Assembly: GCA_047601445.1 (NCBI GenBank)
Contig: JASGJH010000001.1
Span: 2,400,001 to 2,464,000, forward strand
Source: Myxococcales bacterium
GTDB lineage: Bacteria; Myxococcota_A; Polyangia; Polyangiales; DASUME01
Length of the DNA: 64,000 nucleotides
Reading direction: 5' to 3'
Numbering within the stretch: position 1 is the first letter of the stretch; the number at the start of each line of letters is the position of its first letter. A program made the translations under genes and the position numbers. Shown here piece by piece: positions 37,973-49,297 of this stretch. Under the pieces are notes generated by a model. That model was not told the origin of the DNA, ran no database searches, and was given only the letters and a program-made list of their open reading frames with translations.

Positions 37973-39010
37973 ATGGACGAACAGACCTTCCACGCCCTGC
38001 TGGCCAAGGGCGCCCAGCACAAGGCGAGCGACGTTCTGCTCAAGGTCGGACAACCCCCTGCATTCCGGGTCGGCGGCGATCTGCACTACATGAATGCAGA
38101 TAAGCTCAAGGCCGCCCAGACCCAGCGGCTCGCGGAGATCGTGCTCTCGCAAACGCGCTTCTCCGGCTCGCTGCTGGACCTCCGCGAATACGACTGCTCG
38201 TACGCGGTGCAGGGCGTGGGTCGCTATCGCGTGAACATCTTCCGCCAGCGCCAGTCGCTGGCCCTCGCCATGCGGGCCATCCCACACACCATCCCGACCT
38301 TCGATCAGCTCGGGACACCCGCAGCGGTGCGCAACTTCGCGGAGCTCGAGCGCGGCCTGGTGCTGGTGGTCGGCGCCGCGGGCAACGGCAAGTCCTCCAC
38401 GCTGGCGGCGGTGATTGGCGAGATGAATCGCACGCGTCGCCTGCACATCGTGACCATCGAAGATCCCATCGAATTCATCCACACCGACGCGCTGTCCTCC
38501 GTCTCACAGCGCGAAGTGGGCCTCGACACCGAGTCCTTCGCCAGCGCTCTGCGCTCTGCGCTGCGCCAGGATCCCGACGTCATCCTGATGGGCGAGATCC
38601 GCGACGAGGAGACGATGGACACCGCGCTGAAGGCGGCCGAGACCGGCCACCTGGTACTCTCCAGCCTGCACACCCCGGACGTGGCGCGCACCGTGGGACG
38701 CGTGATCTCCCTTTGCGGCAGCCAGGATCCCCAAGAGATCCGCGATCGCTTCGGGGACGCCCTCAAGGGCATCGTGGCTCAACGCCTGTTGCCGCGGGTG
38801 GACGGCGGCATGTGCGCCGCCACCGAGGTACTCGTCAACACCCCCACGGCCCGCGAGTCCATCAAGAAGCCCGACGGCAATCTCCCGCTCAAGGACGTGA
38901 TGGAACGCGGCACGCATCCGTACGGGATGCAGACCTTCGAGATGCACGTGAAGGAGCTGGTGCGGGCCGGAATCATCAGCGTCGAAACCGCACGCGCGAC
39001 ACTGGGCTAG
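37973..39010 (+). CDS. pilT: PilT/PilU family retraction ATPase paralog
   Basis: GAAGNGKS, TIEDPIE, LRQDPD, GEIRD, AETGH, GMQTF. Confidence 0.9.
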   Translation: MDEQTFHALLAKGAQHKASDVLLKVGQPPAFRVGGDLHYMNADKLKAAQTQRLAEIVLSQTRFSGSLLDLREYDCSYAVQGVGRYRVNIFRQRQSLALAMRAIPHTIPTFDQLGTPAAVRNFAELERGLVLVVGAAGNGKSSTLAAVIGEMNRTRRLHIVTIEDPIEFIHTDALSSVSQREVGLDTESFASALRSALRQDPDVILMGEIRDEETMDTALKAAETGHLVLSSLHTPDVARTVGRVISLCGSQDPQEIRDRFGDALKGIVAQRLLPRVDGGMCAATEVLVNTPTARESIKKPDGNLPLKDVMERGTHPYGMQTFEMHVKELVRAGIISVETARATLG

Positions 39011-39034
39011 AAGCGCTCGAGTCGGCTCGCGTGC

Positions 39035-40282
39035 TCAGCGGCTGGCGACCTGCGCGGTGACCTTCTTGGGCGCCTCGAGCAGGTAGTAGCGCAGCGCCTC
39101 GCGGGCCAAGTAGGGGGCCTTGATGCGCCACTTGGGCGAGTTGACGATCAGCGCTGCCACGGCGATCTTCGGATCCTTGGCGGGCGCGAAGCCGACGAAC
39201 CAGGTGTAGCCGCGATAGGGCCGCTCCTTGCTCAGTGTGCCCGTCTTCCCTGCCACCTCCACGCCCGGCAAGAACGGATTGCCCTTGGCGTCGAAGAAGG
39301 TCTTGCGCGCGGTGCCCTGCGCCACGGTGGTGCGCATCATGCGCGCCATCAAGTCGGCCGTGCGGCGCTCCAATACGCTGCGATGCAGCTCCGGCTCCGC
39401 CCGCGAAACCAGCTTGCCGCTGGGATCCACGATGCGATCGACGATCTGCGGGCGCATCATGCGACCGTGATTCGCTACCGTCGCCGCGATCAGCGCGGCG
39501 TGCAGGGGCGACATGTGCATGTGCCAGAACCCGGCAGCCGTGCGGGCGAACTCCACGGGCTCGCTGGGCACGTCGGCCACGCCGGACTCCACCTTGGCGT
39601 CGAAGGGCAGGCTCTCACCGAAGCCGAAGGCGCCCGCGTAGCGCGAGAGCTTGGTGCTATCGAGGTGCTTGAGCGCAAGCTTGCCGAAGACGGCATTGAC
39701 CGAGAACCCGAGTGCGCCCGACAGCGAGATGCACGCCGTGTCGAGCTTGGGGTTGTCGGTGAGCTCAGCCAGGCCGAGCGCACTGGCTCCTCCGTGGTAA
39801 CAGACGTTGCTCTCCGGGGTGAGCCCCTGGTCGAGCAACGCGGAGCCCGTGATCAACTTGAACACCGAGGCCGCCGGGGGGGACGGGTCGAGTACGTGAT
39901 CGCGTGCGTCGCTCGGATCCTCGCTATGGCTGACATAGGACAGCACGCGCCCGGTGCTGGGCTCGATGGCGATAAAGCCGGCCTGCGGCACCTGGTAGCG
40001 CTCGAGCAGTCCCGAAACGAAGCCATCGAACGCCGGGTCCACGGTAAGGGTCGCCTGGTAGTCCTGCGCCAGCGGGCTCGTGTAATGCCCCGCTTCGAGC
40101 TGGCGTTCCCGCGGATTGAACCCCTTGAGCAGGGCGTCGCGGGTGGGCTGCTTGGGACGCACCGGAGCCGGCCGGCGTTCCTCCGCGGGGGCAGCGCCGG
40201 CCGAGCGAATCCCCACCGCCAACCCGAAGGAGGACAGCGCCAAAACCAGGCCGACGAGCGTGCGACGAGACGAGAGCCCCAT
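39035..40282 (-). CDS. Penicillin-binding protein, transpeptidase domain
   Basis: SVFK, SVN and KTG motifs. Confidence 0.88.
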   Translation of the reverse strand: MGLSSRRTLVGLVLALSSFGLAVGIRSAGAAPAEERRPAPVRPKQPTRDALLKGFNPRERQLEAGHYTSPLAQDYQATLTVDPAFDGFVSGLLERYQVPQAGFIAIEPSTGRVLSYVSHSEDPSDARDHVLDPSPPAASVFKLITGSALLDQGLTPESNVCYHGGASALGLAELTDNPKLDTACISLSGALGFSVNAVFGKLALKHLDSTKLSRYAGAFGFGESLPFDAKVESGVADVPSEPVEFARTAAGFWHMHMSPLHAALIAATVANHGRMMRPQIVDRIVDPSGKLVSRAEPELHRSVLERRTADLMARMMRTTVAQGTARKTFFDAKGNPFLPGVEVAGKTGTLSKERPYRGYTWFVGFAPAKDPKIAVAALIVNSPKWRIKAPYLAREALRYYLLEAPKKVTAQVASR

Positions 40283-40417
40283 GGATCTTCTACGCTAGCT
40301 GCCCGCCCATCGAACCGTCAAAAACGGTGCGAGGTCGAGGCGCGTGCTAGTTTTGCGGGACGCAAGACCGCATCGTCGAAGCGCGCCCTCGGGCGCGCGA
40401 GCGAAGAGGGAGGACCC

Positions 40418-41812
40418 GTGACCGCGGACCGCATCCGGATTGATTACGCCCTGGCCATGAGCGAAGGAGTGGGCGCCGGAGGCGCGCCGAGCGCCGAGGT
40501 CCTGGCCGCGGAGCAGGATGCGTTCGCTGCCGCCCTAAAGCGGGTCATGGCAGCGGTCGACGGGGGCGTGCTCGGCTTCTGGAAATTGCCGGACGACCTG
40601 GCCCAAGCCGATGACAGCGAGCGGCTGGCGCAGAAGCTCGGCCAAGACATCGACGACGTGCTGGTGCTGGGCATCGGCGGTTCGTCGCTGGGCGCGCGCG
40701 CTGCGTTGACCGCGCTCTCGCCGGCCCTCGCGAGCGTGGGACTGGGCAGCGGACCGCGCGTTCACCTCCCCGATAACAGCGACCCCTGGCTGTTCAAGGC
40801 GCTGCTCGAGAAGCTCACCCCGAAGCGCACGCTGGTGCTCGTGGTCTCCAAGTCCGGTGGCACCGTAGAGACCGCGGCGCAGATGCTGTGCGCAGAGCAG
40901 TGGCTCGAGCAAAGCCTCGGCAAGTCCGCATTGCCTCGACACATTGTCGCCATCACCGATCCCGAGAAGGGCACCTTGCGGGCCCACGCGCGCGAGCTCG
41001 GACTCCCCACGCTCGCCATCCCGAGCAACGTCGGTGGCCGCTTTTCCGTGCTGACGCCTGCGGGCCTGTTGCCCCTGTACCTGTCGGGCATCGACGCCCG
41101 AGGCCTCCTGCGTGGCGCCAAGGCGATGGCCATCCGCTGCGAGAACCCCAAGTTGCTGGAGAATCCGGCTGGCATCATCGCGAGCCTGCACACGCTGCAC
41201 ATGCGGCTCTATCAGCGCAACATCCACGTGCTGATGGCCTACGCCGACGCGCTGCGCCCCACGGCCGCCTGGTTCGTGCAGCTCTGGGCCGAGAGCCTGG
41301 GAAAGCGCATCGATCGCAAGGGCCGCGTGGTGGAGCTCGGCCCGACCCCGCTGCCAGCCGTGGGCGCCACCGATCAGCACGCTCAGGTGCAGCTCTTCAT
41401 CGAGGGACCGCGCGACAAGCTGGTCACCTTCATCGCCGTCGATCGCCCCGCGACGGACCTCACCATCCCGAGCGTGCCTGGCGACAACGCCTACCTTGGC
41501 GGACATAGCCTCGCCGAACTGCTCGACGCCGAGCGGCGTGGAACGGCATTGGCCCTCGCCCGCAACGGCAGACCAAGTCTCTCCGTCCATCTGCCACGCC
41601 TCGACGCCGAACAGCTCGGTGGATTGTTCTTCCTGTTCGAGGCCGCCACGGCGTTCGCCGGCGAATTGCTCGACATCGACGCCTTCGATCAGCCCGGCGT
41701 CGAAGAGGGCAAGCGTCTCGCCTTCGGTCTGTTGGGTCGCCCAGGTTACGAAGCGCAGCGGGAAGCGGTGCTCGAGAGCGAGAAACAGCGGCCGGCCAGA
41801 TATCAAGTATGA
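40418..41812 (+). CDS. pgi: Glucose-6-phosphate isomerase
   Basis: GIGGSSLG, SKSGGT, GGRFSV, QLWAESLGK, DQPGVEEGK. Confidence 0.94.
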   Translation: MTADRIRIDYALAMSEGVGAGGAPSAEVLAAEQDAFAAALKRVMAAVDGGVLGFWKLPDDLAQADDSERLAQKLGQDIDDVLVLGIGGSSLGARAALTALSPALASVGLGSGPRVHLPDNSDPWLFKALLEKLTPKRTLVLVVSKSGGTVETAAQMLCAEQWLEQSLGKSALPRHIVAITDPEKGTLRAHARELGLPTLAIPSNVGGRFSVLTPAGLLPLYLSGIDARGLLRGAKAMAIRCENPKLLENPAGIIASLHTLHMRLYQRNIHVLMAYADALRPTAAWFVQLWAESLGKRIDRKGRVVELGPTPLPAVGATDQHAQVQLFIEGPRDKLVTFIAVDRPATDLTIPSVPGDNAYLGGHSLAELLDAERRGTALALARNGRPSLSVHLPRLDAEQLGGLFFLFEAATAFAGELLDIDAFDQPGVEEGKRLAFGLLGRPGYEAQREAVLESEKQRPARYQV

Positions 41813-41898
41813 TTCTTTACTAAAATTTACGTACTCGTGAGGGGCGGAAACTTCACTCGAACTTTCGGGACCTCCCGCGACCGGGATACACTTGGGGC

Positions 41899-42798
41899 GT
41901 GTCGAAGGACTCAGGTCGCCTGTCGCCCGAAAACACGGTCGTCACCATCGTCGCGCCCGATCCCCAACGTCAACAGGGGGGGAAGGAAGCCTGCCTGGTG
42001 GTGATCATCGGGGACGAAATAGGGAAGCGCGTGCGCTTGGAAGAAGCGGACGTGTTGATCGGCCGCGCCTCCACGACCGACATCCAGCTCGACATGGATA
42101 ACGTCTCGCGTAACCACGCACTCGTTACGCGCACCGCGCTGGGCTGGGTGCTGCGAGACCTGGGCTCCACCAACGGCACCTTCGTGAACGACGCCCGTGT
42201 GGACGAGCGCGCGCTGAAGGACGGCGACCAGATCCGCATCGGGCGCGCCATGCTCAAGTTCCTGCGCGGCGGCAACGTCGAGGCCCAGTACCACGAAGAG
42301 ATCTACCGGTTGATGACCATCGACGGTCTCACCCAGGTCCACAACAAACGCCACTTCCAGGAGTCGCTGGAGCGCGAGTTCGCCCGCAGCAAGCGCTACG
42401 GCAATCCGTTCGCCCTGGTGCTGTTCGACATCGACCACTTCAAGAAGATCAACGACACCTACGGCCACTTGGCCGGTGACGAAGTGCTGCGTGGCATGGG
42501 CGCCCTGCTCAAGAAGCGCGTGCGCACCAACGACATCGTGGCGCGCGTCGGCGGCGAGGAGTTCGCCGTGATCTTGCCCGAGGCAGGCAAGCCAGGCGGA
42601 GTCGCGTTGGCCGAAAAGATTCGGCGTTTGGTGGAGACCGAGCCGTTCGTCTACAACGGCGTCACGATTCCGGTCACCGTCAGCCTGGGCGTCTCCGGCT
42701 ACGAGCCCCACCTCGAGAATAGCGAGGCCATGGTGAGCGAGGCCGACGAGAAGCTCTACGAAGCCAAGCGCGGTGGTCGCAACCGCGTCTGCTCCTGA
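41899..42798 (+). CDS. FHA-GGDEF diguanylate cyclase
   Basis: IGR/SRNH/STNGT FHA; DIDHFK, GGEEF. Confidence 0.92.
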   Translation: MSKDSGRLSPENTVVTIVAPDPQRQQGGKEACLVVIIGDEIGKRVRLEEADVLIGRASTTDIQLDMDNVSRNHALVTRTALGWVLRDLGSTNGTFVNDARVDERALKDGDQIRIGRAMLKFLRGGNVEAQYHEEIYRLMTIDGLTQVHNKRHFQESLEREFARSKRYGNPFALVLFDIDHFKKINDTYGHLAGDEVLRGMGALLKKRVRTNDIVARVGGEEFAVILPEAGKPGGVALAEKIRRLVETEPFVYNGVTIPVTVSLGVSGYEPHLENSEAMVSEADEKLYEAKRGGRNRVCS

Positions 42799-42861
42799 GC
42801 GCTCGGCATCGCGTCGCATCGTCGGTGAACCTCGAGAAGCCTCGAGGCCGACGTGTCAGGT

Positions 42862-44367
42862 TCAGCCGAACAACACCGAGCGCCTTGAGTTCTTGCCCTG
42901 GGTAAGCAGGCCCTGGAGGATGCCGCGGATCTGCTCGTTCAAGCGATGCACGAGGAGCACGTCTTCGGCAGCCTCGGGCCCGTAACCGTCGAGCTCGATA
43001 GGATCGCCGATGAGGATGCGCCACTTGATGGGTGCCGGTAGCAAGCCCATCGGACCCAGCCACGGGAACGTGGGGGTAATCGGAAAGTGCTCCGAGCCCA
43101 ACAGGCGCGCCAGCACGCGCGAGTTCGCCAGCACCGGATTGGTCTCCTCGGCCCCAATGATGGCGGTGGGGATGATGGGCGCGCCGAGCTTGAGCGCCAG
43201 CTTCACGTAGCCGCCGCGGCCGAAGCGCTGCAGCTGGTAGCGATCGCGGAACAACTTGCGCGAGCCCTGGGCTCCCTCGGGGAAGGCCACCACGAGCTTG
43301 TCCTGAGCCAGCAGTCGCTCGGCGTTTTCCTGGCAGGCACGCACCGCGCCGAGGCGGTTCATGAACACGCCTAGGAACGGATAGTGGAAGACCGAGTCCT
43401 CGGAAAGCCAGCGCAGCGGGGGCAGCTCCGATCGTTCCATGCGCAGGGCCGTGCGCAGGACCAGGCCGTCCCAAGGCAGCGCGCCCGAGCGATTGGCGAC
43501 CATCAGCGCCTTCCCCTGGGTGGGCAAGTGCTGTGCTCCCTCCACCGTGACGCGGAAGTAGTGCTTGCAGAGCGTCTCCAGCACGGGGCGCGCGCTCTCT
43601 TCGACGTGCGGATCGAGGCCGAACTCGTCGACGTCGGCGCTCAAACTGCGCATGCCATGGGCGCCGTACTGGCGGAAGTAGTAGTCCGTGGAGAGCAGGG
43701 ACTTGGCACTGCCGATGGCAGCGGCGTCACCCCTGGGTTCCGATGCGCTCGAACCGCGGGCCAGGCGCGTGGCCGGGCGCATGCCCGTACGATGCTCGCG
43801 TTCGAGGTCGGTGGTGTCGCTCGCCGCGGCGCGGCTGCCATCCACCACGTCGGGCATGGGTGCGCTGTCGCGCCAGATGTCGTCGTCCTCTTCGTGCTGA
43901 GGCTTCAGCGGGGTGACGCTGGGCCGGCTGAGCTCGGGCTGCGCCTCGAACACGCCGCGCGGGGCGACGCTCGAGGGACGCTTCGACGGACGGGCAACGA
44001 CCTCTGCCGCGTGCTGCGCGGGGACAACGATGCTCGCCGGAGGTGCGGGGACCTCCGAGACAGGCTGCGCGGGAGCGGCACTGGCAGCTGCTTCTTCGGT
44101 GAGATCAGCGGGAGGGCGCTCGCTCCCCTCACGCCGTTTACCCGTGCTCGGGCGACGGGCCGAGACGCGCGCGCGCGAAGCCGATCCCGCGTTGCCAGCC
44201 AGATCGCCGGCGGGAGGCGGTGGCACCGATGATGGCTCTGCGGACACCACAGGGGCCCCGGTCAGTGGCTCGGGGGTCGCGGCGACGGGCGTCGCCTGGG
44301 GTGGCGGCACACTAGGGCGCTGCGAGGGGCGCGCGGACGGGCGCTTGGGGCGATCGGGCGGATTCAT
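42862..44367 (-). CDS. PlsC-like acyltransferase with long disordered N-terminus
   Basis: VDEFGLD, ANRSGALPWD, FPEG, FGRGG. Confidence 0.85.
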   Translation of the reverse strand: MNPPDRPKRPSARPSQRPSVPPPQATPVAATPEPLTGAPVVSAEPSSVPPPPAGDLAGNAGSASRARVSARRPSTGKRREGSERPPADLTEEAAASAAPAQPVSEVPAPPASIVVPAQHAAEVVARPSKRPSSVAPRGVFEAQPELSRPSVTPLKPQHEEDDDIWRDSAPMPDVVDGSRAAASDTTDLEREHRTGMRPATRLARGSSASEPRGDAAAIGSAKSLLSTDYYFRQYGAHGMRSLSADVDEFGLDPHVEESARPVLETLCKHYFRVTVEGAQHLPTQGKALMVANRSGALPWDGLVLRTALRMERSELPPLRWLSEDSVFHYPFLGVFMNRLGAVRACQENAERLLAQDKLVVAFPEGAQGSRKLFRDRYQLQRFGRGGYVKLALKLGAPIIPTAIIGAEETNPVLANSRVLARLLGSEHFPITPTFPWLGPMGLLPAPIKWRILIGDPIELDGYGPEAAEDVLLVHRLNEQIRGILQGLLTQGKNSRRSVLFG

Positions 44368-45419
44368 GCGTAGGCCTCGGTAAGTAGACGGGCCTCCCGT
44401 AGGCGCAAGGTGGCCCCGAACTCGAGGACCGCTTCGCGGGTGGTGTAGCCGGGGGAGAAACCGAGTTCCGAACGCGCCTTTTCGCCATCTGCCACGCAGA
44501 GATGCCGCAAAAACTGCAGCATGGGCGCGGGCACGTCGGAGAGTCCCGAGAACCACAGGAGCGCGCCGATGCGCTCGGCGACGAAGTGGGGGAGTGGCAA
44601 ATTGGCCCTTCCCGCAAGCTTGATTACGGTGGACACGGGGAGCACGCCTTCGGCAGCGATGTTGAAAATCCCGGACACATCGCGATCGATGGCGAGCTTG
44701 AGGGCGGCCAAGGCATCGACCTCGTGGACGAACTGCAAGAGCGGGTCGAACCCCAAGAGCGTGGGCACCACGCCGCGGGCCAACCAGCGCGTGATGTAGC
44801 TTTCCACAGTGGGCCCAATCATGGGCGCGAAGCGCAACACGCTGACCCGGGCGTCCTGGTGGTCGCGGGCATAGGCCTGAACCTGGTTCTCCGCGTCAAT
44901 CTTGTCACCCAGGAAGGAGCAGCCCGCGAGCCCCCGCAAGGGGTGAGCTTCGCTGAGGAAGTTGGGGTTGTCGAAGCGGGGGCCGTAGAGTTGGGTCGAC
45001 GACGCCAGTACGAATTTCTGTACCGGTCGCTCGCGGCAAGCGTGCAGCACGTGCAGCGTACCGACGCTCTCGATCTCGTGGGCCCAGGCCGTATTCCGCG
45101 TCGGGCTGGCCAAAAATCCGAGATGGACGAAGGTATCCACCGCCTCGGCGGCCAAAATTTCCGCGATCCGGGCCGAGGCGTTCGGCTGCGTGCGATCTAC
45201 CACGTACGAGCGCGTCTTGGGACCCGCGCTCACCGGTACCTGATCGTCGATCACCACCAGGCGCCGCGCGCGATCGTCCTCCTCCAGCAGGCCGAGCAAG
45301 TTCCGCCCCAAGAAAGTGCGCGCGCCGGTGAGCGCGATAACTCGCTCCCCGGCCCGCTGACCGCCCTGTTTTCGTACGATGCCAGCAGCGTTACCCACTC
45401 CGCCTTGGGTCATTCCCAT
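44364..45419 (-). CDS. NAD-dependent epimerase/dehydratase family
   Basis: ALTGARTFLG, SSTQLYG, LLGFDPLLQFVH. Confidence 0.85.
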   Translation of the reverse strand: MGMTQGGVGNAAGIVRKQGGQRAGERVIALTGARTFLGRNLLGLLEEDDRARRLVVIDDQVPVSAGPKTRSYVVDRTQPNASARIAEILAAEAVDTFVHLGFLASPTRNTAWAHEIESVGTLHVLHACRERPVQKFVLASSTQLYGPRFDNPNFLSEAHPLRGLAGCSFLGDKIDAENQVQAYARDHQDARVSVLRFAPMIGPTVESYITRWLARGVVPTLLGFDPLLQFVHEVDALAALKLAIDRDVSGIFNIAAEGVLPVSTVIKLAGRANLPLPHFVAERIGALLWFSGLSDVPAPMLQFLRHLCVADGEKARSELGFSPGYTTREAVLEFGATLRLREARLLTEAYA

Positions 45420-45561
45420 GCACTCCCGTCTCGTCGGTTGCCGACATTAGGCGGCTCACCAGGAGCGGTCAACGCAACCCGCGCCGCGCCGCGTCGAGCC
45501 GGTGAAGGTGCCGAGCGCGGCAAACGTCCGGGGATCTTGCGTGTCGTACATGCACGCAGTC

Positions 45562-45589
45562 TTGACCCCCCAGGGTCCATTGTTATGTT
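45562..45589 (+). promoter_or_regulatory. Putative lon promoter
   Basis: TTGACC-N16-TATGTT with an extended TG. Confidence 0.45.
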
Positions 45590-45679
45590 GCCCTTTTACC
45601 TGGGGGCGCACAGGCGAATGGCGCTACAGTTAACCAAGTGCCGCTCGCAATCTCCGCGACGGCCTTTGAGCGGGACAAC

Positions 45680-48125
45680 ATGACCGACGCAGACGAAAAG
45701 TTCGCACCCGATTTCGACGAGCAGGAGATGGATCTCACCGAAGAGATCCCGCTCCTTCCGATTCGCAACGCAGTGCTGTTTCCCGGCGCCGTGGCTCCCT
45801 TCGACGTAGGTCGCGAGAAGTCGGTTGCTCTGGTCGAGGACATCGAGAACCAGAGCCAGCCCATCATCGTGATCTTCGCCCAGCGAGATCCCTCCACGGA
45901 CGATCCGGGCCAGGACGAGCTCTATCCGGTCGGTGTCGCAGCGCGAGTGCTCAAGGCGCTCAAGCACAGCTCCGGCAACTACAGCTTGATCCTGCAGGGC
46001 CTCGTGCGCGTGCGCATGGAGCACGTCACGGTCTCGGCCCCGTACCTGAAGTCGCGAGTCTCGCGCCTCGATGAGCCCAAGGTCGATGACGTGGAGGCGG
46101 AAGCCCTCGCCATGAGCTTGCGGGACATCGCCAAGCAGGTGATCCAGCTGATGCCCGAGCTGCCGCGCGAGGCGGGCTCCCTGATCGATTCGATCCAGGA
46201 GCCGGGCCAGCTGGCCGATCTGGTGGCGGCCAACCTCGACACCCCGGTGGACGAGAAGGCGGCCCTGCTCGAGACCCTCGACGTCAAGGAGCGCATTCGC
46301 AAGGTCCTGCGCCTGCTCACCCGGCAGCTCGAGATTCTCAAGATGCGCGAGCGCATCAACTCCCAGATCAAGGAGGAGATGGGGAAGAACCAGCGCGAGT
46401 ACGTGCTGCGTCAACAGCTCAAGGCCATCAAGGAGGAGCTCGGGGAGGAAGATGGCGACCAGGGTGACCTGGACGTGCTCGACGAGCGCATCGCCAAGGC
46501 CAACCTGCCCACCGAGGCGGAGAACGTCGCGCGCAAGCAGCTCAAGCGCCTCCGGACCATGCAGGTCGGCTCGGCCGAGTACACGGTCGTGCGCACCTAC
46601 ATCGACTGGATCCTCGACGTGCCGTGGCACCAGCAGACCACGGACAAGATGGACATCGCCCAGGTGCGCCAGGTCCTCGACGAGGACCACAGCGGCCTCG
46701 ACAAGGTCAAGAAGCGCATCGTCGAATACCTCGCGGTCCGCAAGCTCAAGCCCGACAAGCAGTGGCCCCATCCTCTGCCTCATCGGTCCCCCCGGCGTCG
46801 GCAAGACCTCGCTCGGCCGCTCCATCGCGCGCGCCCTCGGACGCAAGTTCGTGCGCAACTCGCTGGGTGGCGTGCACGACGAGGCCGCCATCCGCGGTCA
46901 CCGCCGCACCTACGTGGGCGCCCTCCCCGGCCAGGTCATCCAGGGCATGAAGAAGGCGGGCACCATCAACCCGGTGTTCATGCTCGACGAGATCGACAAG
47001 ATCGGCCACGACTTCCGCGGCGACCCCGCGGCGGCCTTGCTCGAGGTGCTCGATCCGGAGCAGAACGACACGTTCTCCGATCACTACCTGGAGATCCCGT
47101 ACGATCTGTCCCGCGTGATGTTCGTCGCCACCGCCAACGTGGCCGATACCATCCCGGCTCCGCTCCGCGACCGCATGGAGATCCTCGAAATCCCCGGCTA
47201 CACACGGCGTGAGAAGCTCGACATCGCGCGCGACCACCTGATCCCCAAGCAGCTCGAGGAGCACGGTCTCTCCAAGGAGCAGCTGTCGATCCAGGACGCT
47301 GCGGTCGAGTCCTTGATCGACCACTACACGCGCGAAGCGGGCGTGCGCAACCTGGAGCGCCAGGTGGCGAGCGTGATCCGCGGCGTGGCGGTGAAGGTGG
47401 CCGAGGGCAACGTCGGTCCCTACAAGATCGAGAACGGCGAGGGCGTGCGCGAGTTCCTCGGGCCCCAGCGCTTCACCAGTGAAGTGGCCGAGCGCACCTC
47501 GGAGTTCGGCGTGGCCACCGGCCTCGCTTGGACCTCCGTGGGTGGCGAAATCCTCTTCATCGAGGCCACGCGCATGCACGGCTCGGGCAAGCTCCAGCTC
47601 ACGGGCCAGCTGGGCGACGTGATGAAGGAGTCCGCGCAGGCGGCCCTCAGCTACGTGCGCACCAGGGCCAAGCTGCTCAACATCCCGGAGGACTTCCTGG
47701 AGAAGAGCGACTTGCACATCCACATCCCCGCGGGCGCCATGCCCAAGGACGGCCCTTCTGCGGGCGTGACCATGATGACGGCCATCGTCTCGCTGCTCAC
47801 CGAGATCCCGGTGCGCAACGACGTCGCGATGACCGGCGAGATCACGCTGCGTGGGCGCGTGCTGCCGGTGGGCGGCATCAAGGAGAAGGTGCTGGCGGCC
47901 CATCGCGCGGGCATCAAGCACGTGATCCTGCCCGAGCGGAACATGGCGGACATCGAAGAAGTACCGCAGGAAGTCCGCGAGGAGCTCGAGTTCCATCCCG
48001 TGCAGAAGATGGAAGAAGTGCTGCGCTTCGCGCTGACCACGCCCGAGAAGCTCAAGCTCGGTGGTGGTGAAAAGGGCGAGAAGAAGAAGAGCGGCAAGAG
48101 CGCCTCGGCGCAACCCGCAGGCTGA
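45680..48125 (+). CDS. lon: ATP-dependent Lon protease (+1 frameshift ~46761)
   Basis: [47 protein letters not shown] in the second frame. Confidence 0.95.
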
Positions 48126-48157
48126 GCTAGGCCCACGTCCCCATTCGGGAAATCTCG

Positions 48158-48189
48158 AACGGCCAGGTCGAATAGACTTGGCCGTTTTT
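48158..48189 (+). terminator. Intrinsic terminator after lon
   Basis: aacggccaggtc/gacttggccgtt stem followed by T run. Confidence 0.75.
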
Positions 48190-48228
48190 GTCATTCCCGC
48201 CGCACTGTCGGTTTGCTACATCCGCTGG

Positions 48229-49284
48229 ATGGGGGACATGCAAAAGATCATGCGGGCGGCGGTGCTTGGCGCGGGTTCGTGGGGCACGGCGCTCGGCAAA
48301 GTGCTCGCGGAAAACGGCATTCAAACCACGTTGTGGGGACTCAAGACCGACCCCATCCAAGAGATCAACGAGCAGCACGAGAACCCGAAGTATTTGTCGG
48401 GCATCAACCTCCCCTCCAACCTGCGCGCCACCGACTCCCTCGAGGCAGCGCTGGAAGGAGTCGACCTCGTGATGCTGGTGGTCCCTTCGCATGTGCTGCG
48501 TGAAGTCGCGAATCAGCTCGCCCCACGCCTGCCCCTGGGCATCCCGGTGATCACGGCCATCAAGGGCATCGAGAACGACTCGCTGATGCTGCCGTCGCAG
48601 ATCCTCGAGAGCATCTTGCCCAAGGATCGCCACGCCCAGCTCACGTTCCTGGCCGGCCCGAGCTTCGCCCGCGAGGTCGCGCAGGGAATCCCCACCGCCG
48701 TCCTGGTGGCAGCCCATTCCTCCGCCTACGCCGAGCGCGCCCAGAGCGCGCTCAATAACAGCCGACTCCGCGTGTACAGCACCGACGACATCATCGGCGT
48801 CGAGGTCGGCGGAGCCCTGAAGAACGTGGTGGCGATCGCGGCGGGCATCTCGGATGGGCTCGGCTTTGGGCACAACTCACGGGCAGCGTTGATCACCCGT
48901 GGACTCGCCGAGATCGGTCGTCTGGCCACCAAGTTGGGCGCGCACCCCATGACCATGAGCGGCCTGTCCGGCATGGGCGATCTCGTGCTCACGTGCACGG
49001 GCGATCTGTCGCGCAATCGACACGTGGGCATCGAGCTCGGAAAAGGCAAAAAGCTCCCGCAAATCCTGGGAGAAATGACGATGGTGGCGGAGGGCGTCCG
49101 CACCACCAAGAGCGCGTTCGAGCTGAGTCGCCGCGAGCAGGTGCCAATGCCCTTGGTGGAGGGCATGTACCGCATCCTCTACGAGCACGCCGACCCGCGC
49201 AACGAGGTGGCCGACCTGATGGCGCGCTCTCCACGGCCGGAACGCGACGACCTGCGCGAGTCCGAGCCACCCGGGAGGGCGTGA
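48229..49284 (+). CDS. gpsA: NAD(P)H-dependent glycerol-3-phosphate dehydrogenase
   Basis: GAGSWGTAL, KGIE, GPSFA, ALKNVVAI, GDLVLTC, SRN. Confidence 0.94.
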   Translation: MGDMQKIMRAAVLGAGSWGTALGKVLAENGIQTTLWGLKTDPIQEINEQHENPKYLSGINLPSNLRATDSLEAALEGVDLVMLVVPSHVLREVANQLAPRLPLGIPVITAIKGIENDSLMLPSQILESILPKDRHAQLTFLAGPSFAREVAQGIPTAVLVAAHSSAYAERAQSALNNSRLRVYSTDDIIGVEVGGALKNVVAIAAGISDGLGFGHNSRAALITRGLAEIGRLATKLGAHPMTMSGLSGMGDLVLTCTGDLSRNRHVGIELGKGKKLPQILGEMTMVAEGVRTTKSAFELSRREQVPMPLVEGMYRILYEHADPRNEVADLMARSPRPERDDLRESEPPGRA

Positions 49285-49297
49285 TACGCTGGGCCCC

